The notes under the pieces are model-generated. The model ran no database searches. It saw nothing but the letters and a program-made list of their open reading frames with translations, and was not told the DNA's origin. Positions 9,785 to 22,974 of a stretch of DNA of 64,000 nucleotides are shown here, piece after piece (the stretch's first letter is position 1; each line of letters opens with the position of its first letter). Both the position numbers and the translations under genes were made by a program. The DNA is from Leucoraja erinacea (taxonomy: Eukaryota): contig NC_073380.1 in assembly GCF_028641065.1 (NCBI RefSeq), forward strand, positions 66,216,001 through 66,280,000, read 5' to 3'.

Positions 9785-12700
9785 TATAACCATATAACCA
9801 TATAACAATTACAGCACGGAAACAGGCCATCTCGGCCCTACAAGTCCGTGCCGAACAACTTTTTTCCCTTAGTCCCACCTGCCTGCACTCATACCATAAC
9901 CCTCCATTCCCCTCTCATCCATATGCCTATCCAATTTATTTTTAAATGATAACAACGAACCTGCCTCCACCACTTCCACTGGAAGCTCATTCCACACCGC
10001 TACCACTCTCTGAGTAAAGAAGTTCCCCCTCATGTTACCCCTAAACTTCTGTCCCTTAATTCTGAAGTAATGTCCTCTTGTTTGAATCTTCCCTATTCTC
10101 GAAGGGAAAAGCTGATCCACATCAACTCTCTCTATCCCTCTCGTAATTTTAAAGACATAGAAACATAGAAATTAGGTGCAGGAGTAGGCCATTCGGCCCT
10201 TCGAGCCTGCACCGCCATTCAATATGATCATGGCTGACCATCCAACTCAGTATCCCATACCTGCCTTCTCTCCATACCCTCTGATCCCCTTAGCCATAAG
10301 GGCCACATCTAACTCCCTCTTAAATATAGCCAATGAACTGGCCTCGACCACCCTCTGCGGCAGAGAGTTCCAGAGATTCACCACTCTCTGTGTGAAAAAA
10401 GTTCTTCTCATCTCGGTTTTAAAGGATTTCCCCCTTATCCTTAAGCTGTGACCCCTTGTCCTGGACTTCCCCAACATCGGGAGCAATCTTCCTGCATCTA
10501 GCCTGCCCAACCCCCTAAGAATTTTGTAAGTTTCTATAAGATCCCCTCTCAATCTCCTAAATTCTAGAGAGTATAAACCAAGTCTATCCAGTATTTCTTC
10601 ATAAGAAAGTCCTGACATCCCAGGAATCAGTCTGGTGAACCTTCTCTGCACTCCCTCTATGGCAATAATATCCTTCCTCAGATTTGGAGGCTTTCTTCAC
10701 TGCCTGCTGCACCTGCATGCCTACTTTCAATGACTGGTGTACCATGACACCCAGGTCTCGCTGCATCTCCCCTTTTCCTAGTCGGCCACCATTTAGATAA
10801 TAGTCTGCTTTCCTGTTTTTGCCACCAAAATGGATAAGCTCACATTTATCCACATTATACTGCATTTGCCAAACATTTGCCCACTCACCCAGCCTATCCA
10901 AGTCACCTTGCAGTCTCCTAGCATCCTCCTCACAGCTAACACTGCCCCCCAGCTTAGTGTCATCCGCAAACTTGGAGATATTGCCTTCAATTCCCTCATC
11001 CAGATCATTAATATATATTGTAAATAGCTGGGGTCCCAGCACTGAGCCTTGCGGTACCCCACCAGTCACTGCCTGCCATTGTGAAAAGGACCCGTTTACT
11101 CCTACTCTTTGCTTCCTGTTTGCCAGCCAGTTCTCTATCCACATCAGTACTGAACTCCCAATGCCGTGTACTTTAAGTTTGTATACTAATCTCTTATGTG
11201 GGACCTTGTCGAAAGCCTTCTGGAAGTCCAGATACACCACATCCACTGGTTCTCCCCTATCCACGCTACTAGTTACATCCTCGAAAAATTCTATAAGATT
11301 CATCAGACATGATTTACCTCTATATAAGACCTCTATCAAGTCCCCCCTTAACCTTCTGCGCTCCAGAGAATAAAGACCTAACTTATTCAACCTTTCTCTG
11401 TAACTTATTTGTTGAAACCCAGGCAACATTCTAGTAAATCTCCTCTGTACTCTCTCTATTTTGTTGACATCCTTCCTATAATTGGGCGACCAAAATTGTA
11501 CACCATACTCCAGATTTGGTCTCACCAATGCCTTGCACAATTTAACATTTACATCCCAGCTTCTATACTCAATGCTCTGATTTATAAAGGCTAGCATACC
11601 AAAAGCTTTCTTTACCACCCTATCTATATGAGATTCCACCTTCAAGGAACTATGCACGGTTATTCCTAGATCTCTCTGTTCAACTGTATTCTTCAATTCC
11701 CTACCATTTACCATGTACGTCCTATTTTGATTTGTCGTGCCAAGGTGTAGCACCTCACACTTATCAGCATTAAACTCCATCTGCCATCTTTCAGCCCATT
11801 ATTCCAAATGGCCTAAATCACTCTGTAGACTTTGGAAATCCTCTTCATTATCCACAACACCCCCTATCATGGTATCATCTGCATACTTACTAATCCAATT
11901 TACCACACCTTCATCCAAATCATTGATGTACATGACAAACAACAAAGGACCCAACACCGATCCCTGAGGCACCCCACTAGTCACCTGCCTCCAACCCGAC
12001 AAACAACCATCCACCATTACCCTTTGGCTTCTCCCATTCAGCCACTGTTGAATCCATCTTGCTACTCCCGCATTTATACCCAACAGTTGGACCTTCTTAA
12101 CCAACCTTCCATGAGGAACCTTGTCAAAGGCCTTACTAAAGTCCATATAGACAACATCCACTGCTTTACCCTCGTCAATTTCCCTAGTAACCTCTTCAAC
12201 AAATTCAAGAAGATTAGTCAAACATGACCTTCCAGGCACAAATCCATGCTGACTGTTCCTAATCAGACCCTGTTTATCCAGATGCTTATTATATATTATC
12301 TCTAAGTATCTTTTCCATTAATTTGCCCACCACTGAAGTCAAACTAACAGGCCTATAATTGCTAGGTTTACTCTTAGAACCCTTTTTAAACAATGGAATA
12401 ACATGCACAGTACGCCAATCCTCGGGGACTATTTCCATTTCTAATGACATTTGAAATATTTCTGTCATAGCCCCGGCTATTTCTACACTAACCTCCCTCA
12501 ATGTCCTAGGGAATAACCTGTCAGGACCTGGAGACTTATCCACTTTTATATTTTTCAAAAGTGTCAGTACTTCTTTTACTTTGAAACTCATAGTATCCAT
12601 AGCTACTCTCCTAGTTTCCATTACCTCACATAATTCAATATCCTTCTCCTTGGTGAATACCGACGAAAAGAAATTGTTCAATATCTCCATCATCTCTTTT

Positions 12701-12800
12701 GGCTCTGCAGATAGCTGTCCACTCTGTCTCTCCAATGGACCAATTTTATCCCTCGTTATCCTTTTGCTATTAATATAGCTGTAGAAACCTGTAGAAACCC
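9785..12800 (-). mobile_element. CR1 LINE family B (3' part of ORF2, (GGTTATAT)n tail), split by a nested CR1 at 10156-11320
   Basis: KSPGPD, NYRPVSLTSVVGK, DFSKAFDKVPH, GVPQGSVLGPLLF and YADD motifs in ORFs 12289-12864 and 11799-12239; C-terminus in 9869-10120; interrupted by stops. Confidence 0.93.
10156..11320 (-). mobile_element. CR1 LINE family A nested in family B, internally deleted at about 10690
   Basis: DFQKAFDKVPH, GVPQGSVLGPQLF, FADD; tail acatagaaacatagaa on +; AAGAC duplicated at both flanks. Confidence 0.92.
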
Positions 12801-13282
12801 TTTGGATATATGAAGAAAGGCCATTCAGAGAAAGAGTGAAATACATCATTTTAATAGTGTTCATGTCATACTTGCTAAAAAAATAAGAATATGGGAATGA
12901 AAAGATGTATTATATGCTCTTGCACTTTCCCCCCGGCCATCTGCAGAGCATCGTAGAGCATTCTCTGAGAGACCATTTTTGACTCCACCTCACAGCACAC
13001 TCTATCTGTGGCATTCAAGCATAGTAAGGAATTATGAAGCTGAAAATAAATAAAGCTTTTGCAGCGAATGAAATCTCTGCTGAAGGGCTGAAACATGGTG
13101 CAGAAGTTCATCTGCTGTACATTCATGACTCCCTCTCATTCAGCTGGGAAGAGGAGGCATGCCAAAGTGGGGAATCCTAGAGGTCAGAATTGTGACTATT
13201 TTCAAGTAATAACAAGCCAAGATAGTTCAATAGATTGCTGAAGTGCGAAGATGAAGAGGTCAATGAATACTGTGGCTTGTTA

Positions 13283-13530
13283 AGGGCGATACAGTGGCAG
13301 AATGGTAGAGCTGCTGCCTCACTGGGAGACCCGGGTTCAATCCCGACTATGGGTGCTGGCTGTATAGAGTTTGTATGTTCTCCCCATGATCGCGTGGGTT
13401 TTCTCTGAGATCTTCGGTTTTCTCCCCCACTCCAAAGACGTTCAGGTTTGTAGGTTAATTAACTTGGTATAAATGTAAAATTGGCCCTAGTGTGTGTAGA
13501 ATAGTGTTACTATTGGTGCGTACTCGGTAC
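13283..13530 (+). mobile_element. V-type tRNA-derived SINE
   Basis: gtggcagaatggtagagc...ccgggttcaatcccgac...gagtttgtatgttctccccatgatcgcgtgggttttc. Confidence 0.8.
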
Positions 13531-13607
13531 TATCTGTCTGTTTATCTGTGCTTTTTTACCTAATGAGCTTGATGTGCACCGTATATCTCCAGAATGAAAC
13601 ACCAACA

Positions 13608-13700
13608 AGAGTCTGATGAAGGGTCCCGACCTAAAACGTCACCTAATCCTTCTCTCCAGAGATGCTGCCTGACCTGCTGAGTTACTCCAGCACTTTGTTG
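13608..13700 (+). mobile_element. Penelope pLTR fragment with degenerate hammerhead-like motif
   Basis: gtctgatgaagggtcccgacctaaaacgtcacc...gatgctgcctgacctgctgagttactccagcac. Confidence 0.7.
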
Positions 13701-14129
13701 CAGAAGTATCTCTGTCTGAATTACATATTTTACAGCCTTTTACCTAGACTTGAAGATCCTCATATTAACTTGGCCATTAAAAGTATTACAACAAATAATT
13801 TAACATTTCTAATGTCAGAGTGTCCTCACATAGCTCAGATTACAATCTGAGGAACTGACCTAAATGGTATGCTGTTTAGTTCAATAAATAGTTCAAGATA
13901 TTTGTTGAAAGGATGGCTTTTAATCATTATTCATTTTTATCTTCTGGTTAGAACTAATGGGCTTGATTTTCCTGAAACCGTTCACAAAAATAATGGTGGG
14001 AGATTTCCATGTTAAAGATTGAAGAAATTCAGGGAGTAATGTAACCTTCACTTGTCTAAGGCTACTTCAGAATTTCCTCAGTTATTTACCATGAGTCAAA
14101 CATGGGGTGAGGAGCTGATTTATAGAAGA

Positions 14130-15300
14130 GAATGACAGTCCTTGACATCAGGCAGCATTTAACTAAGAGTAGCATTGTCAAGTATTGCTAAAACTAAAAT
14201 CAATAGGCATCAAAGGAAAACTACTCCAAGTCTGGTCATACATTAAACAAATGAATATGGTTATTGCCAAAAGGCAAAAATCCCAACCCTATGTTATCCA
14301 TAGATGTTCAAAGGCGCAGTGCTTTGGGATATGTCAACTTCTGCAGCTTCATCAATGACCTTCCTTCCATCATAAGAGTTGGAGGGATCTGTTTCCTAAT
14401 CAACACCTCACACCACTTGATCATGGCAGCCTTGTTGAATTCCCACTGTTTGCCAATACCAATGACCAATGGGGCTACTAAGTGGCAAGTAACTCCCATG
14501 CCACAAAGGAGCCAGGCAATGAGTATCTAGCCTCTTCCATTCAAGTTTGAGTTCCATTTCACGGTTATTGTCACATACACCAATTAGTACAGTGAAATTT
14601 GCGTTACCATACAGCCATACAAATAAAAAGAACACAATATACAATAGAGTTTAACATAAACATCCACCACAGTGGAATCAACATTTCTCACTGTGATGGA
14701 AGGCAATAAAGTTCAGTCATCTTCCTCTTTGTTCACAGGCATTGCCATTGAAGAATATCCCACCTGCAATATCCTGAGATTCATCAAGGGCAAAGATTCA
14801 ACTGGACCAGCCAGAATGATACAACAGCACAGGTATTTTTGTTTGGATGTCATATTTTACAGCATTTTAGCCAGAGCGAACATCCTCACCTAGATTTGGC
14901 TATTAAGAGTATTTACAACTAATTTAATATCACAAGTGCCAGAGTGTTCTTACATAGCTCGTATAACAATCTGATGAACTAAACCAAATGGTATGCAGTG
15001 GCTACAGGAGCAGGTTGGAGCCCAGGTACTCGGCAGTCAGTGACTCACCTCCTGATAACCTGAGGTCTTTTCATCATCTAAAAAGCTCAAATCAGAAGCA
15101 TGACAGAAATCTCTCTGTATAAGTGCAATCATAAGAACTCTGAAGCAGTCAATGCCCTCCAGGACAAGGCAACCTTCTTTCTTGACCCACCATCATCTAC
15201 TCTAAACATCCATTCCCTCTACTATGTTTATATTGTGAATCAACTTTAAAATTGACTACCATTCCTCTCTGGGTTACTTCGACACCACTGCCTAATTGTG
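14130..15300 (+). mobile_element. ancient fragmented LINE (RT region), with a Rex1-type tail fragment at about 14545-14730
   Basis: gacatcaggcagcattt...aaaactaaaatcaataggcatcaaaggaaaacta resembles DI.AAFD..KLKSIGIKGKLL; FSCFINDLPSII-like segment in ORF 14264-14530. Confidence 0.5.
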
Positions 15301-16657
15301 TGACAAAGGCACACAGTGCGACAACGGTTCACCAGATTGAGTTCTGGGATTGGTGATTGTACAATGATTGTACAATGATTAAGCAGATTGGACCTCTGCC
15401 CTCTGAAGTTTAGAATAATGAGAAACATATAGAAACATATAATGAAGCTTGGCAGGGGAGATGCAGGGATGATGGTTCACCTGGCCAAGTGTCTAGAACC
15501 AGGGCTCAATTTCACAACATGGGGTTGACCATTTACGGTTGGATGCGGAATTTTTTTTGCCACCAGAGGATAGTGAATCTTTGGAATTCTTTGCAGCTGG
15601 ATTGTGGTTGATCAATTACTGGGTATACTCAAGACTGAGAGTGATCAACTTCTATATGATAAGGGAATCAACGGATATGATATTGGTGAAGGAAAATGCA
15701 GCTGAGTTGACAGATCAGCCATGATTTTATTGATTGATTAAAGGTTTAAAGGGCTGAATGAAGATTTTCTGCTTCTATTTAAAAAAAATGTTTTATTTCT
15801 CCTTATTACTTTACAATTTCTTCTTATTAATACCAATCCTGCATTTCCTGCATCTTTCGAAGTGTTTTCAAAGCATCAAAATGCTCCCCAGTGACTGCCG
15901 TTTTTAAAATATCCTAGAAATTGGATCCAACAATGCCTCGTAAAGCAATGTATTTGTTTGGGGTAGATTGTGATGGTATCTTTCTCCAGGTGAAGTTGAT
16001 CTGGGGTTTTACTCATGGATTTGATATTATCCTGGCATCCATTGCGCATGAAAAGAGCCATAAGATGCCCACCGAGTGTTCCCTTTATCATCATGACAAA
16101 TTGTGCACACACTAGAAGTGGGAACACTTCACATAAAAGTCAGCCATGAAAAGTTAAATGAGAGGTTCCGAATGCTGATAATAATGTCTTGCACACACCA
16201 TTGAACATCATCAGCTTTTAGTGGTCAGGGTATATAAAACCTCATCATTGGTAGTGCACTACTCTTTCCAATCTTTCTCTGTTTACTTCAAAGCTGCAAA
16301 TGCCAATGTCCACATCACTGATCATTCCTCACTTGGTGGTGGTAGGGGGTTACCTGTGTAGGGACGATAATGGTAGCCATGCGCACAAATGCACATGTGT
16401 GCACACACCTGCAAGCATGCACGCACGGGCGTGCACACATAAACACAGAGGACAACCATATCTCCCCTCACCCTCACTTTCCTATATCACCAAGGCAGCT
16501 CTTTATTCAGCCGTGGTTAAGGGGAGATCCTTAAAGGCTGAACCCATTTTCCAGCAAGCAGCTTGGCAGCAAATGGCAACTTCTTATTCAGTTCCCATTT
16601 AAAATCATATAGGTCCAAATTTAGTGCTTGACTCTAGGTAGAAAACACCATAGTTCC

Positions 16658-16930
16658 GGTTTAGTTTAGTTTAGAGATACAGCATGGAAACAGGCCCTTC
16701 AGCCCACCGAGTCTGTGCTGACAATCGATCGACCATACACTAGTGACAATTTACAGAAGCCAATTAATCTACAAACCTGCACGTCTTTGGAATGTGAGAG
16801 GAATCTGGAGAAAACCCATGCGCTCACAGAGAGAACGTGTAAACTCTGTACTGACAGCACCCGCAGTCAGGATCGAACCCAGGTCTCTGGCGCTGTAAGG
16901 CAGCAACTCTACCTCTGTGCCACCATGCCG
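16658..16930 (-). mobile_element. V-type tRNA-derived SINE
   Basis: Homologous to 2197-2515; gtttagtttagtttag tail on +. Confidence 0.8.
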
Positions 16931-16994
16931 TTCTATGTTCTGAAGTAGATCTCAATATTTTGTGAGGCTCCAATTGATTGTTAGTGTTATTGAT

Positions 16995-17557
16995 CCTCCA
17001 GTGCTTCTTCTCAGTGGCTGTGGAAAGCATCTTGTCCGGAAACATCACGATTTGGCTTGGGAACTGCTCTGCCCAGGACAAGAAGGCTCTGCAGAGAGTA
17101 GCACGTTCGGCCGAACGCACTATGGGAACTACACTTGCCCCCCTGCAGGAACTGTACATCAGAAGGTGCAACTCCAGAGCCAACAAGCTCATGGGAGACC
17201 CCTTCCTCCCCAGCAACGGACTGTTCCAGCTGCTACGGTCAGGCAAATGCCTCCGTTGCCATGCTGGGAAAACTGAGAGGATGAGAAAGAGTTTCTCCCC
17301 AGAGGCCATTAGGATTGTAAACTCCTGTCTCTCCAGGGACTAACTTTACTGTACCAATTTACTGTTGTGTGATATGTTTTTAAAATTGCTGTTTTTTCTT
17401 TTTTTTTCCTCCCACAAATATGTAATATGTGAAAATGTGTTTCTGTTCCATTCTGTTTTGTAGTTTTTTGCACGTATCCACAAGCATTGCCACTTTTCAT
17501 TTCACTGCACATCACGTATGTGTGTGTGGCGAATGAACCTGACTTGACTTGATTTGA
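16995..17557 (+). mobile_element. Rex1/Babar LINE 3' end
   Basis: FFSVAVESILSGNITIWLGNC...DKKALQRV...LFQLLRSGK...SFSPEAIRIVN; (GACTT)n tail. Confidence 0.85.
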
Positions 17558-18294
17558 CCAGATGCCCGAGAAGGGTGAAACCCAATTTCTAGTCAGCTTT
17601 GATGACTGAGAATAAAGGAAGCATTATTTAATATAAATGGATGAATACAGTGTAAGGTTTGTGTTTCCTTCAAGCAGTGATTTTGTAGGTTAACTTATAT
17701 TTGATGTGTGCCAATCTTTCCATGACAGGATGTGATCACAGTCATGTAGTGACTCCACAATCAGGTTCAGCAGCAGTTCCCTGCCACTAAATCAAAGCCA
17801 TATGCTATCTGTCAGCATTGCTACCTTACAATGCCAGCAAATTTTGGAACGGCATTTGTTCCATTATCCTAATTCAGTTGATAGGCAGCCATGAGACTAA
17901 TTTTGGAGATATTGGGATCAGCCCATCAACTGTGGCTTCCTGTATTGAATACACATTGAATGCTTTCAGAAAATAATATGATGTGCAGACACTTAATGAG
18001 GGAGAGGAGCTTTGAGATCCCGGAGATGAGGCTCGAATATCATTGCCCTTAAAGGAACACTCTCTCGCTGCAAGAATACCGCTCAAAATTAAATGTTATT
18101 ACATGAATCATATCAGAAATGAGTTAAAAACAGAAGGAAGACATCTGACAAATAAGGTGTCACTAAAAACTTTCTCCACCTTTCGACACATCTTTGCCCT
18201 GAGAACGCTGCCCTGAAAACATCACACCACAATAAAAACTGGAACATTTTCAGCTGTCGGCTAGTGTTGGACAGCAATGTGTACTAGGCCCCAA

Positions 18295-18850
18295 ATAGTG
18301 ACCTGTTAATTCCTAGTCTTTGCTTCTTGTCTGCCAACCAGTTCTCTATCAATACCCTACCCCCAATACCATGTGCTCTAATTTTGCACACTAACCTCTT
18401 GTGTGGGACCTTGTCAAAGGCTTTTTAAAAGTCCATATACACCACCTCCACTGGCTCTCCCTTATCCATTCAACGTCACCGTCAAAAAAATCCATAAGAT
18501 TAGTCAAGCATGATTTCCCCTTCATAAATCCATGCTGACTTTGACCAACCTTGTCACTGCTTTCCAAATGCCCAGCTACAACATAACGGATTAGCAACAG
18601 GATAGAAAGGTTGTGTAAGTGCTCAAAACCTTGGTAAATGGAACTTAACATGTAATGTCAAATGGAAAATTTGATAAATGGAACTTAACATGTAAGAGGA
18701 ATCGAAAGGCAGACGATTATCTAAATGGAAAAAGACTGCAAAAGTGAGAGGTTCAGAGAGTTGTAGGTGTTCTAGTGCATGAAACACAACATGTAAACAT
18801 CTAGATACAAGTGGCTAAAAAAGCAAATGGACGTTTAACCTTTATTAAAA
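18295..18850. mobile_element. CR1 fragments (minus 18295-18585; older plus fragment 18590-18850)
   Basis: QSQHGFMKGKSCLTNL on minus; QMELNM...DYLNGKRL-like text on plus with a duplicated aaatggaacttaacatgtaa. Confidence 0.7.
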
Positions 18851-18854
18851 GGAT

Positions 18855-19846
18855 AGAAACATAGAAACATAGATTGTGCAGGAGTAGGCCATTTGGCCCT
18901 TCGAACCACCACAGCCATTCAATATGATCATGACTGATCATTTAAAATCAGTTCCCCGTTCCTGCTTTTTCCCCATATCCCTTGATTCTTTTAGCCCAAA
19001 GAGCTAAATCTAACTCTCTCTTGAAAACTGCCAGTAGATTGGCCTCCACTTCCTTCTGTGGCAGAGAATTCCACAGATTCCTAACTCCCTGGCTGAAAAA
19101 TGTTTCCTCATCTCAGTCCTAAATGGCCTACCCCTTATTTTTTAACTCTGACCCCTGCTTCTGGATTCCCCCAACATCGGGGATGTTTTTCCATCTCGCC
19201 TGTCCAATCCTTTAAGAATTTTATATGTTTCTATATGAATCCCTCGCATCCTAAATTCCAGTGAATACAAGCCCAGTCGACCCATTCTTTCATCATATGT
19301 CAGTCCTTCCATCCCGGGAATTAACCTGGTGAACCTACCATGCACTCCCTCAATGGCAATAATGTCCTTCCTCAAATTAGGAAACCAAAATTGCACACAA
19401 TACTCCAGGTGTGATCTCACCAGGGCCCTGTACAACTGCAGTCGGACCTTCTTGCTCCTAAACTCAAATCCTCTCGCAATGAAGGCCAACATGCCATTAG
19501 CTTTCTTCACTGCCTGTTGTACCTGCATGCTTACTTTCAGTGACTGATCTACAAGCACACCCAGGTCTTGTTGCACCTCTCCTTTTCCTAATCTGACACC
19601 AGTCAGATAATAATCTGCTTTCCTGTTATTGCCACCAAAGTGGATAATCTCACATTTATCCACATTATACTGCATCTGCCATGCATCTGCCCACTCACCC
19701 AAACTATCTAAGTCAACCTGCAGCCTCATGGCATCCTCATCACAGCTCACACTGCCACCCAGCTTTGTGTCATCCACAAACATGGAGACGTCACATTTAA
19801 TTCTGTCGTCTAAATCATTAATGTATATTGCAAATAACTGGGGTCC
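18855..19846 (-). mobile_element. CR1 LINE 3' about 1 kb
   Basis: ORF 19142-19783 FVDDTKLGG...WQMQYNVDKC...LVRSHLEYCVQFW; tagaaacatagaaacatag tail. Confidence 0.92.
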
Positions 19847-19849
19847 CTC

Positions 19850-20089
19850 TCAGGACCATACAGGCGACCCCTGGTGACATGTTGCAGGTGACCTCTCATG
19901 ACCATAGGAGACCTCTCATGACCGTACAGCCTGTATGGTCGTGAGAGATCTCCTATGGTCTTGAGAGGTCTCCAAAGAGTTGTAGCGTCTTTCTGGTCGC
20001 CGCGGAATTTTCAACATGTTGAAAATTTTGGCGACCTATCACGGGTGCCAACAGTCGCCTGTAAAGGTTGCGAAAGTGCGACAGGCCCT
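19850..20089. mobile_element. Harbinger/PIF-type MITE, left end lost
   Basis: Right TIR aagtgcgacaggccct followed by TTA; internal palindrome ttttcaacatgttgaaaa shared with 54694-55507. Confidence 0.65.
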
Positions 20090-21224
20090 TTAATGTTTTG
20101 GATAGAGAATGTTTGTCTGAACTCTGGTTCTCTTTCAACAGATCTTGCTTGACTTGCTGATTGTTTCCAGAGTTTTCAGCTTTTATTTCAGATTTGCAGC
20201 TTTTCCATCAATTTTGATAATTAAGGTACTTAGTTCCAATATTGCGATTAACACTAATGATATCTAAATCATTAAATCTAAATTAAATAGATATAAAAAT
20301 CATTTGAAGAATATTGCATTGCGGGGCTTTAACTTGTGAGTCTTAAATGTTTTAAAAAAAAAGAAATTTCTTAGTGTTACTTGAAAACACGCAACCTTTA
20401 CTGACAATTCTTTTTTTCTTGATGTTGGTTTGCAACTCATATTTCCAGTAAGGAAGTTAAAACATTTCCCATATTAATCTAATAATGGATCTTCACTGCT
20501 AATTGAGAACATCACATCATGTGCTAATGTGACATTGGCATTTCTAGCGCACTTTGTCATTATGACCTTTCAGGGGAAGACTTATGCTGATCTGCACAAC
20601 ATATTTCAGGCTAAAATACACTTGGTTACTGCCAACCTCTTTTTAATATAATCCAGCCATTCAAGCACACGTTGTACCACATGCATGTGGCCAAGTAGCA
20701 TTCAGCCTGCAAATGTAATCTGTCAATAAGTGATATCTAATAATCCTAAAGAACAGTTCGCTCTGCTCATTTTCATGAATGTTTATGTTGCCTTCCAGCT
20801 TTGTTTTGCTGAAAAATTTGAATAGATTCACAACATGATAAAGATATCACTTTTCACAAGACTCTCTGGCCAAACAATGCTCAGGATCTTTTAAGAGACA
20901 GCATTCAAGAGAAGGAGGAATTAATTCTCTAACAAGAGACCAATCATCGGTCTATCATCGAAGAATAATTCTATAAAATTGTAGAATTATTTTTAATAGT
21001 TTAAACATTTTGGCCATCCCGACTATATTTGCTTGCTGAATGGCAAAGAGAGACCTCACAAATATAATGTATAATATTGCACATATTTTTTGCAGCCATT
21101 GAAGCCTCTTCCAGATCTTTCTGTATCCAAGATGCAGCACAATACTAATTCAATTTTAAGGAATGGGTTCAGCATTGTCTTACAGTTTTTACTTCCGATG
21201 TCCTAATAGTTTTAAGAGAAGGCA

Positions 21225-21540
21225 TCAGCAAAGCACTACCAGCAAATTGCTAGTGGAACTCAGCACGATGTTTTGGGTCAGGACCCTTCTTCAGACATAG
21301 TGTGGAGAAACTTGGAAAAGAGAGGTGAGGGTGGGAAAAGGCCTAGCAAGTGATAGGTGAGAGAGTGGGAGTTAGCTGGCAGATGGGTGTAAGCGACAAA
21401 TACTCAGGTGAAAAGGTGACAAAAATAGAGTCAGATAAGGAAAGAAGAGAAGGAAAATGTAAAACGGAGGAAAGGATATGGGTGAAAGGGAACAAGGGAG
21501 AAAGGAAAGTGTTTGGATAAAAGGATAAAGATACCCCACC
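21225..21540 (-). mobile_element. decayed Penelope pLTR remnant
   Basis: gttttgggtcaggacccttcttcagac plus the purine-rich tract typical of the other copies. Confidence 0.55.
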
Positions 21541-21579
21541 CACATCATTTTCCAATGTTTCCGCCAACTTCAAAAAGTT

Positions 21580-21958
21580 TTTGGTGAGATGTTGGAGTAT
21601 TGCATTCAGTTTTGGTTATCTTGGTCAGATTCCATTGTTAGAAAGGGCGCAGAGAAGATTTATGAGAATGTATCTTTTTCCCAGAGTAGTGGAATCAAGT
21701 ACTGGAGGGAATAAGTTTTAGGCAAGAGGGAAAAGTTTTAATAGGAACCTGAGGGGCAACTATTTTGAATTCAGTGCAGTGAGTTTATGGAGTCAGATGA
21801 GGTAATTGAGGCAGGTTCAATAACAATATTTAAAATATATTTTTTACAGCTACATGGATTCCAAAGGTTGAGTGGTACATGGGCCAAATGCAGAAAATGG
21901 ATGAGGTTAGATGGGGCATTTTAGTCGGCATGAACGAGCTAGGCTGAAGCACCTGTTT
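21580..21958 (+). mobile_element. old CR1 3' fragment
   Basis: ttggagtattgcattcagttttgg (LEYCIQFW), gcagagaagatttatgagaatg and tttaataggaacctgaggggcaac. Confidence 0.7.
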
Positions 21959-21959
21959 C

Positions 21960-22179
21960 AATAAATAAATAAATAACCTTATTTATATAGCACATTTTTA
22001 GTCAACTTGCATTGACCCCAAAGTAATTCACATAATTACATTACATTTTACACAAAGGCAAAGGTGGGTGAAGTGTCTTGCCCCAAGGACACAATAACAG
22101 TATGCACTCCAAGCGGGATTTGAACCGGCTACCTTCCGGTCGCCAGCCGAACACTTCGCCCATTGTGCCATCTGTCGTC
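21960..22179 (-). mobile_element. tRNA-derived CORE-like SINE with L2-like tail
   Basis: Minus strand: B-box ggttcaaatccc, CORE-like gtgtccttggggcaagacactt, tail tgtgctatataaataa...(TATT)n; second copy at 25533-25720. Confidence 0.7.
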
Positions 22180-22974
22180 AATGACTCTATGAGTTCCCTT
22201 TTATCGTTCATCTTTCCCTTCACCCCTCCCCACCATCCACTTTCACTCATATCCCCCCTCATTTTGCTCACAACCAGCATCTGCAGTTTCTCGTGAATCC
22301 ATCCAGAGAACAAACCTTTTTTTCCTCTCAGATATACAAACAGTAAAGGGAAAATCTATTCCAATGTGGTGCAGTTTCCCAGGCTTCAAGAGGTCAATCT
22401 TTTGCTTCTTGTCCATCTAGATTATCCACGTACAGAGAGTCCTTTCAGGGACTTTCTGTCAGTGATGACAGGAGAATATATTGAAACACTCATCTTGTAG
22501 AAACAAGATCAGCATCTCTGATTTCAGGCTCCCCACCCCATTACCGCACCCTAACCCGAAGAAGCACATTGTTCAAGACTCCCACTGGAAGGCAATTTAT
22601 TCTATATAAATACATTTCACGGAAGGAAATTAGATGCACTCTTAGCCCGCTGAATTTCGCACATGCGGAAGACCTCATAATTCACTTAAGAGACCATGTT
22701 TTAGTTGGCAAGCCTTGACAGTTTTTTTTTATCGAACTGTTGAGGCTCAGACAACACAGTTAAATCAGCTGTTAACACAATTCATGACTAGACATACATA
22801 CAATTCTGAAAAGGAAGTAATGTTGGGTCCATACAGATTTTATAAACATAATGTTGCAAATGGGAATTTTTACTTCTGGTTATTACTGAAAATTAGAAAC
22901 AATTTCTCAAGACTTGCAAAGGAGAATAAAAGAGAAATTATTTGAACATTTTTTTCTGCACTATCCAGGCCTTT

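Noticed and set aside
10599-11780. 393-aa ORF, the longest in the window, with a permuted RT domain order
   Set aside because: Chance in-frame fusion across a nested insertion: the outer CR1 C-terminal part is joined to the RT core of the inner CR1. It is not a gene.
13283-13350. tRNA-like A/B boxes, also at the heads of other SINEs
   Set aside because: They continue into SINE bodies and lack a complete cloverleaf, so they are not tRNA genes.
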